Part shown: positions 10,301 to 22,300 of the stretch, in pieces
Layout: every line of letters starts with the position of its first letter
Position numbering within the stretch: position 1 is the stretch's first letter
Assembly: GCF_001194135.2 (NCBI RefSeq)
Contig: NC_068982.1
Span: 36,089,566-36,153,565, forward strand
Origin: Octopus bimaculoides
Lineage: Eukaryota
DNA length: 64,000 nt
Direction of reading: 5' to 3'
Position numbers and translations under genes: made by a program
The notes under the pieces: generated by a model
Seen by the model: the letters and a program-made list of their open reading frames with translations, nothing else
The model's database searches: none
What the model was told of the DNA's origin: nothing

Positions 10301-13300
10301 AATGAACTAAACAGAAATTACTGGTGACTTAAGCCCTGATGTACGTAAAGTAATAAACTTTTGATAGATGTACTCTCATCGCCACTAGTTTGTTTGCATA
10401 TAGCTTAACAAAGCTATAATTGGTGAGCTGGATGATAGAACAACAGCTCTCACTATTGAAACAAACATGGCTAGCAACAAAACAACACTGAGGCTACCAC
10501 AGTTCTGGCCTAAGAGGGCTGAACTGTGGTTCGTGCAGGTGGAAGCCCAATTCGATATAAACAAGGTAATAGCTGACCAAACAAAGTACTTGCACATTGT
10601 AGCGGTATTAGATGAAGATACAGCAACGAGGGTGCTGGACATTTTAACCCAACCCCCACCAACACAAAAATATTCCATATTGAAAAATAGGCTAGTGGAT
10701 ACATTCCAATGCAGTCAAAGAGAAGCGGCAGCCAAGATACTGGATGAGGAATTAGGTGATTCTAAGCCTTCAAAACTGATGGGCAGGATGTTGGCATTAG
10801 TCCCCCCTGGTGAGTTACCTTCCTTTATGTTTAGGGAAAAATTTCTTCGCAAGGTGCCACCCCAGATCCAGGCCCTCATAACTCAGACCGAAATCAAAGA
10901 CCTGTGGCAATTAGCAAAAGCAGCTGACAAAATTTTTTATCCAGTGGTATAATGGTCAACGCTATGCTGCATGGCAGTGAAACATGGGCTATAACAGCCG
11001 AGGACATGCGTAGGCTTGAGAGAAATTAAAATGCCTTCCCATTTCCAATGACAGTCAACAGTTCTGGTGATGAGCTATGTAGGGCAAGATTCGTGGCAGA
11101 CGAACTGTAGACAGGAACTTTACTGCGGGCTAGCTAGGAAGTTGGTCAGCAGCGAAAGGGACTTCCAGTAGGAGAAGAAAAACAAAAGAAAGTCAACAAA
11201 TCTGAATGAACTAAACAGAAATAACTGGCGACTGAAGCCCTGATGTACGTAAAGTAATAAACCTTTGATGGATGTACTTGCGTCTCCACTAGTTTGTTTG
11301 CGTATAGCTTAACAAAGCTATGCTATGATCCTTTCTGTGACTTTCATCGCCTGGTCCAACAATTTGATGTTTCTGGAATTATTTCTGTCTAAGGCATAGT
11401 CACCTTTGCCTTTGTAGCAGTTGACTATAATGCTGCTACACCAATCTTTGGGTATGACTCCCTTATGGACAACCTGATTAACTATACAGGTGATGAGGCC
11501 ATATCCTACTCTGCCAGTCAGGGTATGGAGTAGGATATGGCCTAGTCACCCATATAGTTAATCAGGTTGTCCATGAGGGAATCATACCCAACAATTGCAT
11601 TTAATATTTGATTTCTATGGTGGCATGGGTTGGACTGTTCATCACAGTCCAAGTCAGTGTTTATTCAGAGTTACTACCCACTTAGACAATCATATCTTAT
11701 TTATTAACCTTTCCACTGAGGTCAGATTTACCTATCATCCTTCTGGGGTCAATAAAATGTTGCACTGGAATTTATTTAATTGGCTTACCTCTCTTCACAA
11801 AATTTCAGGCCTTGTGCCTATATTAAAAAGTAGTGTTAGAAAATTATTTTTATTAACCCTTTTAAAAAAAATGAGAAGGTTAAGAGGAAAGATAGATGAT
11901 GTATTTGTTATAATCTTTATTATAACAAACACGTTTGTTATAATCTTAATAGTATTTCATAAGTATATATTGGTTCTTAGTGAGCTAGAAGTTGATTTAC
12001 TTAAATGATTTTCTTTTATTTAGATGGCTTACATAATACTTGATACCAATATTTTACTCTTAAAGTCTGGTTTAGCTGTGATAGAAAAAATCCGGGATGG
12101 TTTTTATTCAGGTAAAGCCATTTTCTTTTCTTTAATATAATGCAATATGATAATTTTTATATTATATTTATGTACTTTGAAATAATGTTCAGAGATATTG
12201 ATGAATAAAATGAAGCAAAATTTTTTTACACTTCTTGAATCTCTTGCATTTGTTGAACATCTTACACTTAAAGCAGAATTAAAACTTTGAAAATATTACA
12301 ATACTTTTAATAGCACTTTGCTACTGAAATTGTGTTTTTTTTTTAACCCTTTAGCATTCAGATTTCTTTGTCAAATGTATTGCTTATTTATTCACATTTT
12401 TAAAATTAATCACACATTATCTTGTAACTTCAAGATTTCAATGGTGTGTTTGTATATTTTTAGAATTACATTGTAGGGTAGGTTTGAGAGGTTGGATCTG
12501 GTCAGTTTTAACTTAAAACAGGTAGAATATTCGGGCCAAATATAGCTGGATTAAATGCTAAAGGGTTGAAGCAGAAAAAGAGGGACAAAGTCCATCTATC
12601 CTAACACAATTGAGGGCTGCTGTACTAGAGATGAAAGATTAAGTTCAGTATTTATTAACTTTAGGATCTGGAAGGTGAGACATAGTAGGAATGATAAGAG
12701 AGGTGACTAGTTATGTTGAGAGAGGGAGGGTATGTAGTAAAGTAGTTCAAAGGAGCATATGTCATTGTCACAGCAGAATAGGAGGCAGAGAGAAGTAAGA
12801 GTGCCAGTCAGATGGATGTCCATTACAAGGTAGTGAAGGATAATTGTTTGCTTGGCAACAGTGTCATCCCATAATACTTCAATATATCTAAATAGTACAC
12901 GAATGGTCTTTCTTGAGTTTGTGGAGGGTCATCAAGCAATCAGAGCTAAAGTATTTTCTGAGTGTGAAAAGGAAGTTTAGTCATTGGGGATGCAAATTTA
13001 GCAATTTTATATATGTGAGGTTTCCATAAAATCTCATCAGAAATTGTAAGATTCAGATTGTCAGGTTGCTATGTTTGTGTTGCATGATTACATTCAGTGC
13101 CTAAATCTCTTGTGTATTATCATCATCATTATGATCATTGTCACCACTTGGGATGTAGGATTTATGATAACTATAATTGGTTGAATACTTTTTTTTAGCT
13201 AAATTAGTCAAAGGAGGAAAAGTAGTGTCCATGACCTTTGCAGGTCTTCTCACACACTGGAAAGTTTGACAGAATTGATGTGCAGTTTGAACATCTATGT

Positions 13301-16300
13301 TGATGTCTGAAAAAAAAAAAAGATAGCAGGGAGAGCTCTAGGAAAAAATAATTTGACCAAATGTTTAGTATGGAATCTGGAGGTGAGATACTAGAGGGAT
13401 GATAAGATGAGAAATGCTTATGTCAAATAGGCCATGCAGTAAGCCAGTTCAGCAAGCTAGTCATTACTGTAGGTCAAAGAGGCAGAGAATACGAAAACAG
13501 TGCATCTATGAACCAATGTGTTGCTAACTGAACTTTTACTAGTCTGTGGAATATTTGTTACAACAACAGCAGTGCCATCACAGATGTGTGAGCAATACAC
13601 CAGTACAAGTCTTGGCAACATATAAATCATCTTGATAAATATGGCAAAGATCAGAAGTATTTAGCACTTTGAGTACCATGGAAAACAGCTTCCAGATTTT
13701 CTTCAAATACAGGAAACAACAAAGACAGTTTAGCAGTATTATTATTGCAAAAATAATGATTTGTGGATATGGTGTTGGGTTACAGGATTGGAGACCTTTG
13801 TCAAAATTTTGCTTGTTTATCTTTAATTACTGAGCAGTTATTTCTTTATACACTGTAAGGACACCATGAATGATGTTTAAGTTACTAAGCTGCTTATTAG
13901 TTACTTAGTTTAGTACTATTAGTTTAACACTGATCGCCGACCCCTTCCATCTATGGGTCATTGTCATTATTATGTATCATCATCCAGCTGTATGCTGTAC
14001 TAAAAATCTACCAAACTAACATTTAGGAAGCAATCCTTAAATTCTAGATACCAAATCAATCAGGCTTCACACTATTTTGGGGGACATATTATATAATCTA
14101 TTCTACATGTTAAAGTTCAGGTTTTATGCATATAGAAAATAATCTCTCCAATACTGTGTTTCTATATAGTTTGTACTTATAAAGTTTTTTCGAGCATATT
14201 AAAAAAAATATTTAGCTAATTCTCTTTTGCTGATTTTTCTCAGATATTGAAAGATCACCATTTATTGTGGTACCTTGGGTTGTCATGCAAGAATTAGATG
14301 CTCTTAAATCCAAAACTCAAATGGTGAGTTTCCTTAGTTGAATATTCAATTAAATTATTGAGTGTGTATAGAAGACAACTTTCTTACTACTGAGTATATG
14401 GACATTTGAGCCACAGAACTTTTGTAAATTCTAATTTCTATCTCTGAATGGATGTTCCTCATTTTGGAGAGAACTTATATTCCAACTTAATTTTCTTGTA
14501 CATATTTATTAAAAATGATACGTATATAAATATTTATTATCAGTGTTATTGTTGTTGTGGTTTCTTTATTTGTCTTTGTTTAATTTGCAGAACTCATCCA
14601 CTGCGAAACATGCTCAGAGAGCCATATCATTTCTTTTCAGTTGCTTCAACAACAAGCATCCTCGAATTATTGGACAGTCTTCAAGAGAGGTATGTTACTA
14701 AGTAAAATTTAACCAGATTAAGGTCTTTACATATTTAAAATTCTTTTTATTCTTCTCAGCAGTATTCTTGAAAGAGCAAAAAAAATTGTATTATCAATTC
14801 TTTTGAAGTAACACTAATCTGTATTTTCCGTTTAGAATTCTGATAACATTCTTACATGAGTGCTTTCTTGATTTCCTTTTTCTGTTTCTACTTTGTTATT
14901 AATTCTGATGGATACATTTAATTAGTAATTTCTATTTCTGCTATGAATAAGTTGTTATTGGATTCTGCTATGAATAAATTGTTATTGGATATAGAAATAA
15001 CCAACACATCAATCACTTGGTGATTTCTTGCAAAATCAGTACTAGAGAATATTTAGAATATTTTGTCAACTAAACTGATTAAAATTCTAAGTCAACTATT
15101 ATATGATCTTCATTCAAAGTTTTCATGTATTAAAAGATTTATTAATTACACACTCTAGGGTGAACTAGCTTTAAATTTGAGATTTGAATTTTGTCAGACC
15201 CTATAACTCTATTAACTTTCTCATTATGATCATCTTATCTTAATCGAATGTATGGTCATGAATTTTATGGTGGATTGGATAGTCCTAGTATTTCAGGTTG
15301 ATAAATGCAGGTTTTTCATGTCAAATAATTAGAATCTGTCTCTGATAGAAGTAATTTCTCATTCCTTTTACAGTTAAAAAAAAAAAAAAACATCCTACTC
15401 ATTAAATTTGAATAATGTATTTAAAATACTTTAAAAAATGTCATTTTGGAGGAAGGAAAATATTTAATTCTGGAAATTTTAAAATTTCATTTTTATTCAA
15501 CTGGTCATTTAGTATAATTTTGTTACAGGCCATGGAACAGGATCCTATATTTATTGTTGAAAACAACGATGACAAAATACTTCAGTGTTGTATGCAGTTC
15601 CAGAAAAAATGTAAGATTTAAACATATATTTATGATTGCTTGCTTCCTTATTGTAATGGAGCTAAATGTGTATATTTATTTATACATACATACATGCATG
15701 GATGCATGCCTAATAATAATAATTTTTAAATGAGATACAAGACTAGAAATTTTTGGGGAGGAGAACAGTTGATTATAAACAAGCCCAATACTATCAGCCC
15801 CAAAAGGACGAAAGGCAATGTTGATCTCAGTGAGATTTGAACTCAGAATATAGATAATGCAGGCTATGCTGTTTGAACTCTGACAGTTTTGCCAATCCAA
15901 ATAATGATTTCTTACATATGCATAATGCTACAAGTTTTGGAGGAGGGAACAGTTGATTATTTCAATCTTCAGTATATGACTGGCATTATATTTTATCAAC
16001 CTTAGATTAAATGGCAGACTTCACATTAGTGGGATTTCAACTCAGAATCTAAAGGGGCATGACTAAACACTCCAAAGCATTTTGTCTGATGTGCTACCAA
16101 TTTTGAAAATCCATTATTTATTACTATTTATAATGAAAACAATTTTCATTTCAAAGCCTAGGGGACACATCTTTAGAGATGGGAAATGAGATAGTGAGTG
16201 AAATCTCAAAGAAATTATTAATACTTGGGAATTTGAAGCAGTTTAATTGGTACTACTATTGCTTCAGTTCTAAATTTCTGCTGATTAATTTAATCACACA

Positions 16301-19300
16301 TATTGGTAAAATTAACATAACCTCTGAAAATACATGGCAATTTCAACCATTGATTCAGTGAGATTTATATTAGCTGTTCATCTGAAATGTCTTCGTTTTC
16401 TTCATAGACCCACACTGTTCAGTTGTGTTGTTCAGCAATGATAAAAACCTTTGCAATAAATCCATGATCAACAATATAACAGCTTATACACAACAGGTAC
16501 GTACATTGACTTGTTATAGTTCTTATTTATTAAGCCTTTTGATATTTTTCCACTATAGCAACTTTAATATTAAGCAATTTTTTATTTCTCAATGTTAAAT
16601 AATGGACTACTGTTTTACTGTTCATGAAGTACTGTTTTACTGACTTAAACTTAATCAATGCAGGTATTTTGATATCTGTAGGAAGGAAAATTAATTTTAT
16701 TTACTTCAGTTTATCTGACTGAAGAATCGCAGTTTAGCTATTTATCTTTTAGTTCAATACCATGAAATTATTAAGCCCAGGCTTTATGTACTGTTGCTGT
16801 TTTTGAAAAATAACATTTTCACTTTTAAGATATTTCATAAATGAGAATCTTTTAAATTTACTTTAATAATAAAAATTTACCTATTATTAAAGGCTTGTGA
16901 CTAGGCATAAACTGTTAATGCAGTTTGAAGTTTTAAAACATTTTACTTAATCTTAGGTGATAGTCTTAATTGTGGGTGATTAAAAATTGATTTTAGGAAG
17001 TTAGTGATAGTCTGCTCTGGCAAAAATCATTTAGTAAAGTTTGCAAATTTGGATAAGTATGTATGCCATAGGGAGACAAGGATACTGATGTTTCATGTAA
17101 AATTCCACAGAGAATTTTAATAACTTGGATGGTAAACTTAATTTATGACTTGATTTAATATTTTCACCTGACATGTGAATAAAGGTTCAAAGAGAGTACA
17201 TTCCTTATAAATACTAAACTTTGAAAATATCAAAGATATTAGTTCATGTAGTAGTATCTAATCCTTTCAACTAATGTAGTTCTGTAAATAATCTTACATA
17301 TTGAAAATTATTGTTTTTTATTATTGTTCTGCATTCTTTGGAATTGATTATATGATCTTTTCTCTGTTGATAGTCAATAGAGTATGGTCTTAAAGAGCTG
17401 CTTGGAAAATCAGAAATTACCTTTGACTTCAGTGAGTAGCCACATTTTATATAGATCTAATTTTATGCTGTTGCTATTTCTTTTACAGTGGGGAGGCACA
17501 ATGGTCCAGTGGTTAGGGCAGCGGACTCGCGGTCATAGGATCGCGGTTTCGATTCCCAGACCGGGCGTTGTGAGTGTTTATTGAGCGAAAACACCTAAAG
17601 CTCCACGAGGTTCTGGCAGGGGATGGTGGCGAACCCTGCTGTACTCTTCCACCACAACTTTTTCTCACTCTTACTTCCTGTTTCTGTTGTGCCTGTAATT
17701 CAAAGGGTCAGCCTTGTCACACTGTGTCACGCTGAATATCCCCGAGAACTACATTAAGGGTACATGTGTCTGTGGAGGGCTCAGCCACTTGCACGTTAAT
17801 TTCACGAGCCGGCTGTTCCGTTGATCGGATCAACTGGAACCCTCAACGTCGTAAGTGATGGAGTGCCAACAACAACAATTTCTTTTACTGTTGTTACTTT
17901 TGTTTAGTCCCAGTTCGGCCATGCTGCTGTTGCTATTGCAAATAGTTGCAGAGGAGGCAAAATAGAATAGTCAGAAAAAACTCTGAGTGGATGCATGACA
18001 AACTAAAAGTTACTCAAATTTTTTAGGAATAACTCGTAACTCAGGTACTCCATATCTCCATAAATATCATGCTTCAGTATGGTATGAGATGCCATTGTAT
18101 ACTGCTATACAATGGTTGACTATGTGAAACATATGGTGGAAGTCAGACATGTTGCACTTGTTTTAGCAAACTTAAAAATTTTTTATTTTTTATTTTAGGT
18201 CATTTTGAATTTTAAATAATTCAATGGATGTAGTTTGCAATCCAGCACAAAATTTGGCTGTAAAGTGGTAATTGAATTTGCAGTTATGGTTGATGTTATA
18301 CATTAGAGATTTTAGTCACTGCATTCCACTGGAGTCAGTGAAACTATGTAACAGTAATACACTGATGGCAGATTGTTGAGTTTGTGTTGCTGTTTTCAAT
18401 GTTTTCAATCAGGAACTGGCATGATTTGGTTTGGCAATCAATGAAGGTGATAGGTCTTAATTTTTGTCTAATAGCTCTTGTATTTACCAACATATTGTGA
18501 ACAAGCTTCAAATTGGTCTAGAGACTGAATGTTGAATGTTGATTCAATTAAAATAGTATAAAATAGAGTAAGACCATTCAGCATTTTCCCTATTACACAC
18601 AAAACAAAATCTTCAGCAGCATATCAACTGTTGATTTTCTAGCAGCACAGTTGATGTCTTACCCACTTAGTCTTTATCACAGTTCAATTCTTAATTAAAG
18701 GATTTGTGTGGATTGTTTTCTTCCTCCAATTCTAAGGTAAACAATGTTTTAAATTTATCTTTCCCTCTGTAATTTAGATCATTCTGAGAATCTATCAGTT
18801 AATGATGGACCACATTCTGAAAAATTATCTGATGCTACTACTGAAAATGGAAATCGAGAAAATATAATTGTGAGTGAAAAATATTTTTATTCATTTTCTT
18901 ATGTTGCTTATTATTTTTATTGGATAACATTACTTCATCCATTATTAGCATCACCTGTTTGTTCTTATTTTTCCACAATACTGTAAATTGGATGAGTCTG
19001 CAAAGAGCATGCATCTTCCCATGCATTGCCTTGCTCTGTCATCTATTTAATGTTCTTACTTATGTCTGACCTTAAGTTTTTTTTTTCCTAAGGAGTCTTT
19101 TATTATGTTATAGTTGACTGACAACACTTTTAGATAAGAATTTTCTATTAACCCTTTTGATACCAACCTGTCTGAATCTGCCTCTGGCTCTGTAGTACAA
19201 ATTTCTTGAAGTAAAATCCTCCACCAAACCTTTGTCACAGTTTATGTTCCTAACACTAGCTTAATGATGACTAAGTTATTTTACTAAATTCTTTGTTATA

Positions 19301-22300
19301 TTTAAAATTGATTGAAACATGGAGCATCTCAACAGAAATATGGTAACAAAAGGATTAATTATAGACATAGGCGCAGGAGTGGCTGTGTGGTAAGTAGCTT
19401 GCTTACCAACCACATGGTTCCGGGTTTCAATCCCACTGCGTGACACCTTGGGCAAGTGTCTTCTACTATAGCCTCGGGCCGACCAAAACCTTGTGAGTGG
19501 ATTTGGTAGACGGAAACTGAAAGAAGCCTGTCGTATATATATATATATATGTATGTTTGTGTTTGTCCCCCAACATCGCTTGACAACCGATGGTGGTGTG
19601 TTTACGTCCCCGTAACTTAGTGGTTCGGCAAAAAGAGACTGATAGAATAAGTACTAGGCTTACAAAGAATAAGTCCTGGGGTCGATTTGCTCGACTAAAG
19701 GCAGTGCTCTAGCATGGCCACAGTCAAATGACTGAAACAAGTAAAAGAGTATAAAATAGTTTTCACTCTTGTATATTTCAACCAATGCTTTTATGCTAAG
19801 CTACTTCTTCAATGCACTTGTTTTCTAAATAACAACTATTTGTGAATAGGAGAATGAAATGCTTTCTAACTTACTCTTATCTATAATATAAGTTTTTAAT
19901 GTTCCTTGGGATTTATATATCTTTTAGAAAATGTATTTTGCTGAAAGTAAGTGTTATTAAAAATCATTCACTCCTATATCTTATTTTCTCTGAAGCACTA
20001 ATTAGTGATCTTCTGCATTTGTTGAATTAAACTGATGCATCAAATGCTTGCATTTTGTGCAATATCTATCATCATCATCATCATCATCATCATACGTCCG
20101 CTTTCCATGCTAGCATGGGTTGGATGATTTGACTGGGGACTGGCATACTAGATGGCTACACCAGACTCCAATCTGATCTGGCAGAGTTTCTACAGCTGGA
20201 TGCCCTTCCTAACGCCAACCACTCCAAGAGTGTAGTGGGTGCTTTTTACGTGCCACCAGGGATTGTTGCAGTGATAGTAATTGTGTCTGTGTGTGTGTGT
20301 GTTTGTGTGTGTGGGTGGGTTGTTGTTGTTAAAGATAGATAGTTGATGATGATGGTAGTGGTAGTGGTGTTGCCTGTAGCAGTGATGATTTGAAACAAAG
20401 TTTTTCTGCTTAAAGTAAAATGATTGAACACTTTGAACCAAAGAACAATTTAATTTTACTGATTAACCCTTTAGCGTTTAGATTGCTCTGTCACATAATG
20501 CTTGTACATTAATCATGCATTATCTCATAGCTTTAAGATTTTGATGATGTAATTATCTTTAAAATGACATTGTAGGGTATGTGTGAGAGTCTGAATCTGA
20601 CCTGTTTAAATATAAGATGTGTAGAATATTTAGACCGGATATGGCCAGTTTAAACACTAAGGGTTAATTCTTTCTATGTGGAAGTTACAAACCAACATTA
20701 TTATTAACAATAATACTATAATTCTTAATATCTTAGCTTGTCACTTTCATTTCAGGCCACTCAGATTTTTATTAAAATCAAAGACATCTTAGAAAAACTA
20801 CTTACCAAAATATTAGAAACTGAAATGAAACTGGCGTTTGATGATATCTGGTGAGTCTTTTAGGTTCTAGGGTTTGCTAAAATTTGTTACTTGAGATGCA
20901 TTCTTTGAGGTATAGACATTTGTTTCAAGCTGTTATTTCACAGTGGTAATCCATCATTTATGTAGTGGAACAGAAACAGACGTCTATTCAAAACACACGT
21001 GTCTTGACCATTGTCATCACTTGAAAATGGATTTTCATGAAATCAGCGATAGATATTTTCAAACACGTGGTTTCTAGTGGTCAATGCTATTCAAGGGAGA
21101 TAATTATTTCTTCATAATTTGAGGTCGGATTAGTATTTTGAATTTGAAATTAAGAAATTATAAGGAAAAAGATGCAGAGAATTTACATTTAATTTCTTTT
21201 TCTTAATTTCAAATTCAAATTTCTTATTCTGCTTAAAATAATGAAAACATGATTATCTCCTTTATAATAGCTGTGACTATTGGGGAAACCATGTGTATTA
21301 CTAGAGAGTTGTTCATTAATAAAAAGGAAGGGCTGCATACTTTGTTTGCCACTAATATTACCTTAAGTGCTATGGGTGTTGCAGCATTGGACTTCAAGAG
21401 CTACACTGACCCATTATTATAATTTAATTATATGTATAAAAGAGAGTACAGGCCCATTTCTTCTTTACTGTACCCATGCTCAGAAATGTATCTTATGTTG
21501 TAAGCATATCAGTCCTGTGTATATATGTACAAAGCCAAAAGATGATATTAATATTTATTTTATTTCCATTTTCTGTAACTTATATTTTTCCATTTTTAAA
21601 TGGAGCATAATGCAATGTTCCAACTCATCAGATCCTGTCAAACTGTCCAACCCATACCATCATGGAAACTGGGCATTAAATAACAATAAGAATGATGTCA
21701 ACAGTACTTCTGCCACAGCTACTGTTGTTGCTGTTCTTGTTTCGTTGAAACATCATTATCATTAATTCTTCTAAAACAATAGGTAGTCTAGTTGTTATAA
21801 TAGTAATCATTTAGTGTTTTTATTTTGATAGGATGGATATAGTTATCCGAAAGCCACCGTGGGATCTAATAGACATTTTATTTTGTATTAAAAAGTAAGT
21901 ATTTATCTCATTATCTATTTTTATGTGGTTTATTCCTTTACAAATTGTTAATCATTTTTAGTTTTTGTTTGGTCAAATATTGGTTTTACTTAAACTATGG
22001 GCAGAAAGTTTTTGTTTTTTTTAAGATTCAATAAAGTTAAAATTGTCTGATTTTGAGTAAACCTGATTGATGGAATAAAGCAAAAATAAATTAGGAAACT
22101 ATCACTATACATCATTACCATTTTTGCACTGTTTTCTTGTTTCTGGTATGATATGAATAGAGTACAAGTTGATGTTAAACATCTGTTTATCTTTCCTGCC
22201 TACTATTCCTAGGAGGGTCATTAGGGTAGGGTCCTCAGGTAACATCTCCTTAGGTCCACGCAGAAGTAACCACCACAAGATTTTCCAGCTGGATGCCCAA

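Larger units (their letters stand above)
8768..11590 (-). mobile_element. 5'-truncated, degenerate RTE LINE (RT domain to 3' tail), interrupted by an LTR element
   Basis: Minus-strand translation includes DQAMKVTERIIAQLIRKRV..DEMQFG..GRSTTDAI, LAFVDMEKAFD, ELFYADDLVL, WKQGLESKSLRVNLAKTE and AMLHGSETWA, with frameshifts. (CAT)n tail at about 8770-8790. Confidence 0.88.

Noticed and set aside
17489-17565. tRNA gene
   Set aside because: It has A/B boxes but continues into a 390 bp dispersed repeat with a tail and TSD, so it is a SINE head. No clean cloverleaf.
18778-18867. Phase-0 reading of the exon (IILRIYQLMM..*) suggesting an early SWT1 stop
   Set aside because: The phase-1 frame is open to a GTGAGT donor, and exon 17374-17431 supplies the needed phase.
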